A stretch of 64,000 nucleotides of DNA from an uncultured virus (IMG/VR IMGVR_UViG_2786546710_000002). Lineage: Duplodnaviria; Heunggongvirae; Uroviricota; Caudoviricetes. The stretch's first letter is position 1. Each line of letters starts with the position of its first letter. A program made the translations under genes and the position numbers. Below the pieces are notes generated by a model. That model had not been told where the DNA came from. It saw nothing but the letters and a program-made list of their open reading frames with translations, and made no database searches. Location of the stretch: IMG/VR virus record IMGVR_UViG_2786546710_000002; one strand, 5' to 3'. Positions 11,601 to 21,523 of the stretch are shown piece after piece.

Positions 11601-12437
11601 TATGAACTACCACTTGTATCAGTTAAATTTTTGTTTTTAAAAGTTGCATCATCTTCATCCTCAGATTTTTTACCAAATCTTTCTCTAACAGCTTCAGAAA
11701 AACTTTTTAAACTTTGAGCATAACTTTCTTCACCCTTTGTCATTGCATTATCTACACTAGTTCCTATGGCATCATAACTTCCAGTAGGAGCACTTATTCT
11801 ACTATTATTATATAGCTGTTGTTCTAACTTAAATTGTTCAGAGTATGGTGCACCATAATATTCAACTAGATCATCTCTGACTTGTTTTCCAAATCCTAAT
11901 TTTTTTGTAGCAAAATCAATAGCATCTAGTCTTGCTTGTAAATANTGCTTTTCTTANTTCTGGTGCATATTTTTCTACAACTTCTCTATCAATTTGGTTT
12001 TGCATAGTAGTNCTATCTCCACCACCTAAACGATCTATCATAGCCGCTTCTTTNGTAGACTTATTTAATTCTGCTAATCTAAATATATCATCACGATAAG
12101 TTGAAGATAAGTTAGCCATATCATTAGCTATCTCTGCTTGACTTGGTGCATAAGGAACACCTAAGTAACCATTAACTTCTTTTATAACTTGAGCTAAACT
12201 ATCTGATTGAACTAANAATCTATCNCGNAAAGCGTTTTGTTCTTCTACTTGAGCTAAAAAATTNCCTTGGTTTAAAGCTATTTCTTGTCTTTGTAGATNA
12301 AAGACAGCTTCACGAAATCTTTTATCACCTTGTAGNCTTTGGTAATCTGNAATAGCATCAGTACCGTAACCTAAAATTGCTAGTTCTGGTGTGCCTGATA
12401 TATCACCAACTGCACCAAATATATCGCCAAAGCTCAT
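11600..12437 (-). CDS. Putative internal virion/ejection protein (~278 aa)
   Basis: Deleting the N at 11945 restores an open frame (KAYLQARLDAIDF...TSGSS*) ending in TAA that overlaps the next ATG; coiled-coil, amphipathic N-terminus. Confidence 0.72.
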
Positions 12438-12452
12438 CTATATCTCCTTTCA

Positions 12453-13202
12453 TCAAACAATAATCCCACGACCAAATCCAGTTCTTCTAGATGTAAGTCT
12501 AGACGATATTGGACCTCTTGCAACATATGCGGCGTTAGGATCGTTTGGAACGAATGATATAACTTGCTCCTGCCTTTGTGAAGTCGGCACAATGTAGTTT
12601 ACGTCTGGAGTTATACTTTCAGAAGGAGTTACTGGTGGTACATTTGGATCAGTTTGTAAATCTGGATTAGTTGTAGTTGTTGGAATAGTTTGTTGTTCCG
12701 GTGTATATGTTGGTGGTAAAGTTTGTTGTAGTGTGCCTTCTCCTGCAACAAGTGCTCGTCTACCAAAACTTTCTTCACCAGTTCCTACTTCACCTCCAAA
12801 AGTTTCTTCATCTGTATCTTGTGNTCTGACTTGACCTTCACGTTGTAACATTCCTTCATCACCTATGCTATCCATAGNAACAGCATCTCGTCTATCTCTT
12901 GAAGGATCACCTAATGCTCCAACTATATTAGTTCCTAAATAATCTGGTTGAACATTTCTTGTGGGTTTTTTTCCNCCGGGATATAAAAGATCGCCTGACT
13001 TACCCATCATCCTATATTTAGCGGCTTCATTTGGGTTTGCTAAAATAGATTGTAAACGTGTTCCTGCNGATAATGGATTTAGACCCATAGTCTTACCATA
13101 TTCACCTTCAGAAACATTTTGTTTTCTACCTAATAAATCTTCGTATTCGTATCGGGTTTCGGTAACCGTACCTCCGCCGCCGCCTCCGCCGCCTCCGCAC
13201 AT
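12453..13202 (-). CDS. MCGGG-starting virion/ejection protein
   Basis: Starts MCGGGGGGGGG; AAGGAG RBS; Pro/Thr-rich; ends RRTGFGRGIIV. Confidence 0.7.
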   Translation of the reverse strand: MCGGGGGGGGGTVTETRYEYEDLLGRKQNVSEGEYGKTMGLNPLXAGTRLQSILANPNEAAKYRMMGKSGDLLYPXGKKPTRNVQPDYLGTNIVGALGDPSRDRRDAVXMDSIGDEGMLQREGQVRXQDTDEETFGGEVGTGEESFGRRALVAGEGTLQQTLPPTYTPEQQTIPTTTTNPDLQTDPNVPPVTPSESITPDVNYIVPTSQRQEQVISFVPNDPNAAYVARGPISSRLTSRRTGFGRGIIV

Positions 13203-13226
13203 TATGTACTCCTTTTCGTTAAATTA

Positions 13227-14051
13227 TTATAAACCATATCCTTGTCCAAATCCACGTCTTCTATCTCTTTCATTAACATCAAATCCACTATAGTCAATCT
13301 GGTTTGTAGTTCCAGTTATTGTATTCTGTCCTAATGTACCAATTCTTGCATCATTTGTAGTCCCTCCNGCAAATGTATCTCTAACTTCTGATTGAAAATC
13401 CTGCACACTACTTCTAATATTTGAGCCAAATCCTGACATTGTATTGTCTGNTTGAGAGTTACGGCTAAATCTTCCTGAACCCATAGCACTTAAACCTTGT
13501 GCTATTGCTTGTCCTTGTTTACTCATACCACTAAAAGGTACAAGAGTATTAACAAANGCTTCTCTTTCTGTNAGTGCAAANGGACTATCTTNATCTAATT
13601 TTGTTCTACCTACGTTAACTGCACCTCTTACAGCAAGTTGAGCCGGTATACTTGCACCNCCAGTTAATGCCGCTAAAGCTATATCAGGAACTGCACCTAC
13701 CACTGTGTTTACTGCTCTTGATAACAATCCTTTTTTTTCAGGACTAGGNTCAGAACCTCCNGTTCCTTGCATTTGATTTTNATTATTTTGATTATTAGTT
13801 TTAGAAATGTTTGTNCCTTCGTAATATAAATTATCTACGTTAGTAGGTATTCTATCTATCATTTCTGGACCAGTTGTGTTTATTGGTGCTAANTTTTCTA
13901 TTTTAACATCATCAGGTCTGTATCCTTGCATATTATCAGTACGTGTAAAAAGNTNTCCATCTTCTCCTCTACTNATCCTANTNATATCATCNTTCAACAA
14001 TCTTTGTACTACATTGTCGNTTGATCCACCTGATGCACCGCCACCACACAT
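13227..14051 (-). CDS. MCGGG-starting virion/ejection protein
   Basis: Starts MCGGGASGG; central hydrophobic Ala/Gly stretch; ends RRRGFGQGYGL. Confidence 0.7.
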   Translation of the reverse strand: MCGGGASGGSXDNVVQRLLXDDXXRXSRGEDGXLFTRTDNMQGYRPDDVKIEXLAPINTTGPEMIDRIPTNVDNLYYEXTNISKTNNQNNXNQMQGXGGSXPSPEKKGLLSRAVNTVVGAVPDIALAALTXGASIPAQLAVRGAVNVGRTKLDXDSXFAXTEREXFVNTLVPFSGMSKQGQAIAQGLSAMGSGRFSRNSQXDNTMSGFGSNIRSSVQDFQSEVRDTFXGGTTNDARIGTLGQNTITGTTNQIDYSGFDVNERDRRRGFGQGYGL

Positions 14052-14052
14052 T

Positions 14053-14496
14053 TTATATCCTCTTTTTAAAAATAGAACCTACATCTTTATATCCCATACG
14101 TTCCATAAATTTATTATATTTTTCATTTGGTTTTCCAGAATGAGTTACACTAAAATTCACTTCGATTGCTCCTTTTTCTTTGCACCATTTTTCNAAGTCT
14201 TTCGTGAGTTTAAGTCCCACAAGCGGGGACGAGTTATCAGTGAATAACTGCTCTTCACAACCCAAGATTTGATAGCTCCATATGTAGTTTGTAATGTATC
14301 CCAAAAAGTAAGCAGTAGGCTTTTCGTTTTTGAGATAAACTCTGAAATAATGATCTTCGCTTTGAACAAACTTTTGTGCATAAGTTCTGATACGTTCATC
14401 AGTATAATCCAAGTTTCTGTATATACTTGTTTCGTGCATCTTTTTAGCCANTGGTAAAAGATATTCAATGTCTTCATTTGTGCCGTCCCTTATCAT
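14053..14496 (-). CDS. GNAT-family acetyl/acyltransferase
   Basis: MIRDGTNEDI start, GLKLTKD.EKWCKEKGA and KFMERMGYKDVG motifs typical of the GNAT fold. Confidence 0.8.
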   Translation of the reverse strand: MIRDGTNEDIEYLLPXAKKMHETSIYRNLDYTDERIRTYAQKFVQSEDHYFRVYLKNEKPTAYFLGYITNYIWSYQILGCEEQLFTDNSSPLVGLKLTKDXEKWCKEKGAIEVNFSVTHSGKPNEKYNKFMERMGYKDVGSIFKKRI

Positions 14497-15707
14497 TAAT
14501 AATATAAAACTCCAAANCCGCCCCTTCCTCTAAGTCCAAATCCTCTGTCTGCTTTNTATAAAGCATTACCAAAAGAATTAACTCTTTNAAAAGATGATCC
14601 CGGATTTGCTCCACCAACTTGGAAACGTCTTAGGTATTCAACACCCGGTGCAGTTTCNNGTGGTCTAACAAATGGGAANGGTTGTGAAGAACTTAAATTA
14701 CTTCCCATATAATTAGGATTATCTCCTGCATTTAATCCTAAGTTTAATGTAGCTCTTGGTAAATTAACATTTGGTCTAGATGGCATAGGTATTGTGCTAT
14801 CAAATTGAAACTCTGGTGGGTCCATTGCAGTTCCTAATGCTCCGCCTAACGATCCACCAAGTTGTGATCCAATAGCTGAACCTACATTAGCTCCTGCTAT
14901 TTTTGATCCTATAACTGGTAGACCAGTAGCTAAACCAGAAACTTTAGAACCAAAGCCAGTTCCAAAAGTTCCACTTGCCATATTACCAAAAGTTTTTGGT
15001 ATTGTTAAATTTGTATAATTTCCTGCAACAGAAGATGCTAACTTACCACCAACAATAGATGATCCCGCCATATCTACTGTAGTTCCTGCCGCATTTACTG
15101 CTGTAGTTCCTACCGGTGCAGTTCCCGTAAATGTACTAGCCGGTTGAGCCGAGCCTAATAAACTACCTCCGATATAAGAACCCGCACCAGTTCCTAATCC
15201 TGATAATAATGCTTGTCCCGTAGTAGCTCCTGCCGCCTTAGATAATCCTGCTTGAGTTACACCCGCCGCTAATGCTGATGCACCAGTTGCTCCTAATGTA
15301 GTTGTTAAAGATGGTATTAATTGTGGTGCATAAATAGCCGCCGCCGCAACTGCAAGTGTTCTAGTAATAGGATTTTTAGCAACAGTTTTAACAACTCTAC
15401 CTATTGCTCTAAATATTTTACCAAAGAAAAAGTGTTGTGGACTATTAGGGTCCATTGGATCATAGTTACCTAAATCACTTCCTGCTATTGTAGTAAAAGG
15501 ATTTTGACCTTTTTCCATCATTTTTTGAAAAACTTGAATTAAAAATTCAGGATCGTCTTTAAAAAGTTCTGGATGTAATACTATTTCACCGGGTTCTAAT
15601 TTTGCATCTACAGTATCGTTACTAGAAAGTTCATCAAACTCTTTCTTTTTTTCAAAAGTTTCTTGATCAAAATTTCCATTTGTTTTTATATAATCTGCAA
15701 AACTCAT
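14496..15707 (-). CDS. Ejection/pilot protein with amphipathic helix and Gly/Ala-rich membrane segments
   Basis: DTVDAKLEPGEIV motif, then FFFGKIFRAIGRVVKTVAK and long Gly/Ala/Thr hydrophobic runs. Confidence 0.65.
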   Translation of the reverse strand: MSFADYIKTNGNFDQETFEKKKEFDELSSNDTVDAKLEPGEIVLHPELFKDDPEFLIQVFQKMMEKGQNPFTTIAGSDLGNYDPMDPNSPQHFFFGKIFRAIGRVVKTVAKNPITRTLAVAAAAIYAPQLIPSLTTTLGATGASALAAGVTQAGLSKAAGATTGQALLSGLGTGAGSYIGGSLLGSAQPASTFTGTAPVGTTAVNAAGTTVDMAGSSIVGGKLASSVAGNYTNLTIPKTFGNMASGTFGTGFGSKVSGLATGLPVIGSKIAGANVGSAIGSQLGGSLGGALGTAMDPPEFQFDSTIPMPSRPNVNLPRATLNLGLNAGDNPNYMGSNLSSSQXFPFVRPXETAPGVEYLRRFQVGGANPGSSFXRVNSFGNALXKADRGFGLRGRGXFGVLYY

Positions 15708-15717
15708 ATTCTTTCAC

Positions 15718-17550
15718 CTATACTGACAGAGTAGCCGCCGCTATTCCTACCTCTAAACTGTTAGCTCCACTTGTATTTGTTACAACTAATTCAAGTCTAC
15801 GTCCATTTGCCGTACCATCTATCTCAATAGTTGTTGGCATATTAACAGATGCTCTAGTAGTTGATACTGAGAAAGTACTACCAATAGTAGCTCCGTCTAT
15901 GGATAATTGAATAGTACAAGTACCCGCCGCAAGTTTATGAGTAATACCATCTAATCTTAATTTTTGTTTCCATATGTTAGATACAAAATATGTTTTGTTA
16001 GCCACACTAACAGACGCATCTTCCCATACGTTAAAGAAAGATATTGTTGATGTAGCAAAAATATCTGGTAACTGACTAGTAGGTATCTTTGCACTACTAT
16101 CCAGAGAAGCAACACCATTAACAGCACCTCTGTCTGTTTTTGGTATAACAGATGATAAATCAAGATCACCATATTCTANTGCTGTACCAGTTCCATTAAC
16201 ACGCACGTATTGTGATGCGTTGGTTGCTATAAATGTAGGTAACGAACTTTCAGGAGATGTTTCTAACCACTGAGTACCAGTATAAAATTTTAAAATATTT
16301 GGTACTTGTGATGTATCAAGCCATAGGTCACCAGTCAATGCTCCTGATGGTTGGTTAATAGAACTAGCAATGTTTGCTTTATTAGCTAAACTAGTTGATA
16401 GTTGATTAACTTTGTTTTGTGGTATTTCATTATTAGCAATATTTAATTTTGCAAAATTAATAAATCCTTGTGCGTTTGTATATTCATCTTCAAACATTAA
16501 TCCTGCAATAGTTTTTTGTGCTTGGTTTTCTACAGTAATTACAACAACTTTATCATTAACAGCTAGTGATGACGTAAATGTTAATGTTGCTGTTTGTGGT
16601 GAAGCAATATAATCTGCACCACCTCCGGGTTCTTGTAAGACACCATTTTTCCAAACTAATAATGTTTCGTCTGAACTATGAACAAATGCAACCGCATTAG
16701 TAGCCGCTGTTATTTGTGTATCTTGTCTACGAAAGTTTGTTACTGATTGAGCACGAACACTATATATTGAAAATTTATCTCCAACCGCAACACCAACAGC
16801 AGAGGCAATGGTAATTGTACTTGTACTTGAAGACGCAACATATTCAGCAGTTGATCCAGTTGTTGCTTTAGCAAGTAATAATCCGTTTTTATAAACAACA
16901 ACTTCTTCTGTATTCTCATCAAATGTATACGATAAAACATTAGCGGTTCCAGATAACGCCGCTAAAGCCGCTGTTCCAGTAGCCGTTGTTCCTGAAGTGG
17001 GTGGTGTTATTGTTAATGTAGGAGCTTGAGTATATCCAGACCCTGCACTTGTTACTGTGACTGCTGTTACAACTCCACCAGTAATAGTAGCGGTAGCAAT
17101 TGGAGAAGAGCCAGTACTATCTTGTGGTCCAGTGAAACTTACAGTGGGTGCTTGTGTATATCCTGATCCACCATTTGTAATTGTTATTGTGGTGCTAATA
17201 CCAGTTCCAATTAAAACATCTTGTCTATTGAAGAAGAACGGACCTTCAACAGTACCGACATTAGAACCTGATGGTCCTCTTAATGATGCTATGTCAACAA
17301 GGTCTTGCCATCCATCATCTGCACCTGAATATATTCCAACTCTAAATTGTAGACCATTTACACTATCTACTCTCATTTCTATCGGACCTTGGAAGGTTCC
17401 GCTTTCATTAAATAAAACAGCTAAAAGTTCACCGATTGTTTTATCACCGAACTCTGCCGCATTTACATATCTAATAATATTCTCAAAATCAGTATGTATA
17501 TTACCTGATGATACATAGTTTTGAGGATGTTGTTGTCTAAGTCTTGCCAT
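15718..17550 (-). CDS. Tail fibre/spike-like structural protein
   Basis: Two GSGYTQAPT repeats, V(Y/W)KNG repeats, GAVNGVASLDSSAKIPTSQLP motif; Thr/Ser/Gly-rich. Confidence 0.75.
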   Translation of the reverse strand: MARLRQQHPQNYVSSGNIHTDFENIIRYVNAAEFGDKTIGELLAVLFNESGTFQGPIEMRVDSVNGLQFRVGIYSGADDGWQDLVDIASLRGPSGSNVGTVEGPFFFNRQDVLIGTGISTTITITNGGSGYTQAPTVSFTGPQDSTGSSPIATATITGGVVTAVTVTSAGSGYTQAPTLTITPPTSGTTATGTAALAALSGTANVLSYTFDENTEEVVVYKNGLLLAKATTGSTAEYVASSSTSTITIASAVGVAVGDKFSIYSVRAQSVTNFRRQDTQITAATNAVAFVHSSDETLLVWKNGVLQEPGGGADYIASPQTATLTFTSSLAVNDKVVVITVENQAQKTIAGLMFEDEYTNAQGFINFAKLNIANNEIPQNKVNQLSTSLANKANIASSINQPSGALTGDLWLDTSQVPNILKFYTGTQWLETSPESSLPTFIATNASQYVRVNGTGTAXEYGDLDLSSVIPKTDRGAVNGVASLDSSAKIPTSQLPDIFATSTISFFNVWEDASVSVANKTYFVSNIWKQKLRLDGITHKLAAGTCTIQLSIDGATIGSTFSVSTTRASVNMPTTIEIDGTANGRRLELVVTNTSGANSLEVGIAAATLSV

Positions 17551-17551
17551 A

Positions 17552-19045
17552 TTATCCCGTCCTTACTGTGACCGCAAAGCCGATTACTTTAAGTAATCCC
17601 TTTCCTTTGGTTGTTAGTTTAAATTGAACACCTCTATATCTGTGTTCAAATTTCCTTTCATATTGTCTAGATAACGGCACATCGGGGAATTTGTCGTCCG
17701 CTCCGTCCTCTTCTATAAGAAAAACCATAGAACTCAGATACCTACCTCTTTCATCAAAAGCTTCTACTGTTAATTCACCTTTACCAGTAGCTTGTAAAAT
17801 AAAAGAATAACTTTCTTTAACATCATTGATTGCACCCTGCCAAAGTATTGGTGTTTCAATTTGCATTTCTGGACTAAAATCTGTGATATCTTCTATTCTT
17901 GCTCTTTCCCAAATACCACCCGGTGTACCAAAAACAGTTGTACCAGATAGTTGTCTACCATTCATAGCATTTAAAAAACTACCAGTAGACCATTTACTTT
18001 CACCACCAGACATAGGGTTTAAAGTTAGTGTTAATCTAGTACAAAGCAAATCAGATATAGGAAAAAATATATGATATTGACCTTCGTCTTGATCAAACAT
18101 TGCACTTATATTTTCTGGATTTTGAACTTGTTTTACTAAAGCTCTATAAGTTAAATCAATTTTATTTGACATTGGTATTGAGAATATTTGAACACCATTA
18201 GTATCTGAACGTCTTAATGAATGAACTCCATCTCTTGAACAAAACATAATATCAGAACCCGCTGTTTGTATAGTGTTATGACTTAATGTTCCTACCTTTA
18301 CGTTTGCTTTATCATTAATATTCCATTGTGTTAAATCAGGATGTAAATCGTAGACGACTACCTGATCGTTTGTAAACACAGCTAATTTATTGTTTTCAAA
18401 TGTTCCTAATCCTTTTATCTCATCAGCAGTACCAATAATGTTTGCTACATTTATATCTGCCGCTCTTGTTACTGCTGTTGCCGCACTATCTTCATCATCT
18501 GGAAAAACATTAAACTCGTCTACTCTACTTATATCTATAGTAGTTCTTTTATCTGCGGCTCCTGCTATTGCAAATCTTCTTTGTATTGAAACACCAAATG
18601 CGGGTTTTGGATTAGACCCTGCTGTTATTTTTTTAAATCCCAAACCATCATAACGATACATAGGTTCATCTCTACTCATAAAGATAACATTATCGTTAAA
18701 TAATGTACTAGTTACTACATTGTTTTTTGGATAAACCTCTTCTGAAAAATGATCTTCATCTGATTTTAGTGATACACCACCGCCGTCTTTTTGTGCCCAT
18801 ACTAATCTATTTCTACCATAAAAAGCTACGTGTTTAATTAATCTATCACCCGGAGTTCTTTGAGAAGCACCGGCATCTCTAACAATAGAACCTCTCCAAT
18901 CTGCAAATCCATTGTCTACTTTTATTAAGTGTTGTTTTTGTCCAGTATCTAAAGCGGCTTTATCTCTTGAAGCATCAACACCTTGAAAATCTTCATAAGG
19001 ATATACTTTGATTTTGACACCAGATGGTGCATAAGCAGTAGACAT
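17552..19045 (-). CDS. Tail nozzle / stabilisation protein (tail tubular B-like)
   Basis: 497 aa beta-rich protein directly after the adaptor-like gene in a podovirus-type order. Confidence 0.65.
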   Translation of the reverse strand: MSTAYAPSGVKIKVYPYEDFQGVDASRDKAALDTGQKQHLIKVDNGFADWRGSIVRDAGASQRTPGDRLIKHVAFYGRNRLVWAQKDGGGVSLKSDEDHFSEEVYPKNNVVTSTLFNDNVIFMSRDEPMYRYDGLGFKKITAGSNPKPAFGVSIQRRFAIAGAADKRTTIDISRVDEFNVFPDDEDSAATAVTRAADINVANIIGTADEIKGLGTFENNKLAVFTNDQVVVYDLHPDLTQWNINDKANVKVGTLSHNTIQTAGSDIMFCSRDGVHSLRRSDTNGVQIFSIPMSNKIDLTYRALVKQVQNPENISAMFDQDEGQYHIFFPISDLLCTRLTLTLNPMSGGESKWSTGSFLNAMNGRQLSGTTVFGTPGGIWERARIEDITDFSPEMQIETPILWQGAINDVKESYSFILQATGKGELTVEAFDERGRYLSSMVFLIEEDGADDKFPDVPLSRQYERKFEHRYRGVQFKLTTKGKGLLKVIGFAVTVRTG

Positions 19046-19755
19046 TAAGTTCTCCCGGCATCATATGCTCTGTTAGAACACAAGTTATCAGACCCTCTGT
19101 CGTGTGGAGACATCTGAATTTTAGCATTACCAAATTTTCTGTTATATAAAATTCTATTCATTGTTCTAAAGTACATAGGTCCATATGCTTCAACTTTATT
19201 AGATTGTTGTTGAACGGCATAATTATAAAGTAGACCGGCTACCATAACTTGATCTGGTACATTTCTATGTTCTGTTGGATGTGTATAATAATCTATTTCT
19301 ATATTATCATAGTATGGATGTGCTCTTAAATCTTCTAGAACTAAATTAGCAAACTCAACAAACATCATTATTACTTCGCCGTCTACAGTGCCGGGGTGCA
19401 TATCCCCGTATCTTCGTAGAGCTTGGAAAGCTAATGTTTGTAAGGATGAATATGGTTCACCTAAATGTGGATTAGATGCAGAATATCTATTTCTGCTTTC
19501 TACATTTTCATCTAAGTATTTTAAGTTTGCTTCAGTAGTTGTTCTAGTTTTTTCTTTATTAACATCAGTTCTAAGATCAACACCGCCGGGTCTTTGATTG
19601 CCATTTGCATCTTTATTAGTTGGCTCTTCAGTGACTTTAGGCATATCCACATAATCAGACTGCCTAGTAGTTGTTGAGCCTTGAGCAGATGTAGTGGCTC
19701 TTCCGACAGAACCAGTACTTGAAGAACTTGATCCAGAAGAAGAAGAATAAGCCAT
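19045..19755 (-). CDS. Putative head-tail adaptor (tail tubular A-like)
   Basis: Helical C-terminal domain; position between capsid and nozzle genes; Ser-rich N-terminal extension. Confidence 0.55.
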   Translation of the reverse strand: MAYSSSSGSSSSSTGSVGRATTSAQGSTTTRQSDYVDMPKVTEEPTNKDANGNQRPGGVDLRTDVNKEKTRTTTEANLKYLDENVESRNRYSASNPHLGEPYSSLQTLAFQALRRYGDMHPGTVDGEVIMMFVEFANLVLEDLRAHPYYDNIEIDYYTHPTEHRNVPDQVMVAGLLYNYAVQQQSNKVEAYGPMYFRTMNRILYNRKFGNAKIQMSPHDRGSDNLCSNRAYDAGRT

Positions 19756-20063
19756 TATTCATCTACTCCTTTTATAATCCTTCCTTGAACAAAAAATACG
19801 TGAGCTTCCATTTTATTTGAAAGTTCTGATGGTATTCTCCATACAACTCTTTGATTATCACCATCGTACATCCCTCGGTATTTACTACCTGATAATATCA
19901 TATCCCAACCTACTGGTTCTGGTTTTGCTGATACGTAGTATGACCATTGAGGACCACTTGGTTTTCCTTTGGTTATTTTACCTTCTACTGTTACTGCTTT
20001 TTTTGCTTCGGTATCTGAAGCTTTTTTACCTGATTTAAATTTAAGTACTTTCTTTACGCTCAT
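19755..20063 (-). CDS. Hypothetical virion-module protein
   Basis: ORF with AAGGAG RBS, coupled to the next gene. Confidence 0.7.
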   Translation of the reverse strand: MSVKKVLKFKSGKKASDTEAKKAVTVEGKITKGKPSGPQWSYYVSAKPEPVGWDMILSGSKYRGMYDGDNQRVVWRIPSELSNKMEAHVFFVQGRIIKGVDE

Positions 20064-20083
20064 ATTTTATTTCTCCTTATAAC

Positions 20084-20119
20084 AAAAAGGGTCAGAGTTA
20101 TTAATATAATCTGACCCTT
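20084..20119 (-). terminator. Rho-independent terminator downstream of the major capsid gene
   Basis: AAGGGTCAGA...TCTGACCCTT stem followed by a T-run on the minus strand. Confidence 0.65.
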
Positions 20120-20150
20120 AGTGTACTTATTTGTTTAAGAACTATCGTCC
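20120..20150 (-). promoter_or_regulatory. Putative late promoter GGACGA-N19-TACACT
   Basis: Intergenic copy of the recurring motif. Confidence 0.65.
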
Positions 20151-20160
20151 TCGTTTAGAC

Positions 20161-21345
20161 TTACGCTAAACCAGTCCAGTTCTTAATTCTGTGGTGTACT
20201 TTAGAATGGGTCATTTCTAATCCACATTCTGACATATACATATGTTTTACACCATCAAATTCGTTATTATGGATATCTCTTACGAGTTGAGTATCTCTAC
20301 CCGCCATATAACGATAGTTAATGTGGTTCATATCAAGAATGAGCATCTCATTCGCTAAAGCACTAACTTGTCTGAACATTGGGTGCATATAAATTAAAAG
20401 ATCACCCGCAAAAGTGGTATATCTAGTAAATGCTACGCCGTATGCGTTGTCAATCTGTGTAGGTTGCCAACGGTTTTTACCAATCTCCATCATATTAGTT
20501 ACTACTCTTGGTCCACAAAAAGCAATCTTTTCGTTTGAACCAAATGCAAAAATGCTTTCGATTAAGTTTTGATCAAACTCTTTCTCTGTCATTTTATTAG
20601 ACGATGCAGTTGCTGATGCACAGTCAATTACGTTAGTAATCATACTGAACAATCCACCAGTTGATCTAGTTGGTTGAGCAGTTGACCCATTTAAGATACC
20701 TCTACTTCCAAAGAAGAAAGCTCTTTCAATGTCACCCATATGTAATTTAAGTGCCTTTGTAAGTTGCTCTTGTTCTTTGTCACCAGTTCTTAAATAAGTG
20801 TTCTGCAAAGTACCTGAAACTTGCACAGCAGTTTTAAAAATCTGTGTGAAGTTATGATCTACAGTTGGATCAAAAGAAACCGCTGTAGGTGCAGTACCAC
20901 CTTCTTGATCTGCAAATCCTGCAATAATGATCTCTTGGTCATCTGCTACCGTTCCGGCAGTAGAACCTCCAAATCCTCTTGAGATTACAACAGTATTTGC
21001 TGATGTATTACTATCAGCAGTTACTAGCATATTCTCGCCAGTTGCAGGGTTGTGTAACACAGTACCTTTTACGATAAATGCTTCATCATTTGCATCATCA
21101 TCAAAAGTAAGTGTTGTTGCACTATTGTTAAGTGCACCATTAACAACGATGGTTCTTGTTGGTAACTCATCTCTGAAATGGTTATACTTAGGGTCGTCTG
21201 TACTTTCTGAGTTTGTCATAGCCAACAACGCTTGAAGCGGTGCTGTTCCATTTGGCTCTAGAAGAGTAAACAACTCCCTATAGTTTGTAGGACGGAAGTC
21301 TGTACCGAATTGACCCGTCCCACGTAGTCCTTGTATTGCCGCCAT
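20161..21345 (-). CDS. Major capsid protein (SU10/DUF5309-like, HK97 fold)
   Basis: 394 aa; strong AAGGAGG RBS; NFTQIFKTAVQVSGT and KALKLHMGDIERAFFFG motifs; follows the scaffold gene. Confidence 0.9.
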   Translation of the reverse strand: MAAIQGLRGTGQFGTDFRPTNYRELFTLLEPNGTAPLQALLAMTNSESTDDPKYNHFRDELPTRTIVVNGALNNSATTLTFDDDANDEAFIVKGTVLHNPATGENMLVTADSNTSANTVVISRGFGGSTAGTVADDQEIIIAGFADQEGGTAPTAVSFDPTVDHNFTQIFKTAVQVSGTLQNTYLRTGDKEQEQLTKALKLHMGDIERAFFFGSRGILNGSTAQPTRSTGGLFSMITNVIDCASATASSNKMTEKEFDQNLIESIFAFGSNEKIAFCGPRVVTNMMEIGKNRWQPTQIDNAYGVAFTRYTTFAGDLLIYMHPMFRQVSALANEMLILDMNHINYRYMAGRDTQLVRDIHNNEFDGVKHMYMSECGLEMTHSKVHHRIKNWTGLA

Positions 21346-21484
21346 AATAAACCTCCTTATATGTTAAGCAATGGTTAACGTGTTTGTTTCAAATCGACTT
21401 CATCCCACTTTCATCGCATACAGCTAAGATCGTGTTTTGTTGTCCTAGAGGTGTTTTAAGCCGTGGCGAACCTCTAATATCGTA

Positions 21485-21516
21485 ACTTTAAGTTATTTAG
21501 TGTATCTGTGTCGTCC
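21485..21516 (-). promoter_or_regulatory. Putative late promoter GGACGA-N20-TAAAGT for the capsid gene
   Basis: Intergenic copy of the motif, ahead of a ~135-nt structured leader. Confidence 0.6.
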
Positions 21517-21523
21517 CTTTATT

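Noticed and set aside
10740..11950. Programmed frameshifts or pseudogenes in the ejection genes
   Set aside because: Each break coincides with one extra N whose removal restores the frame
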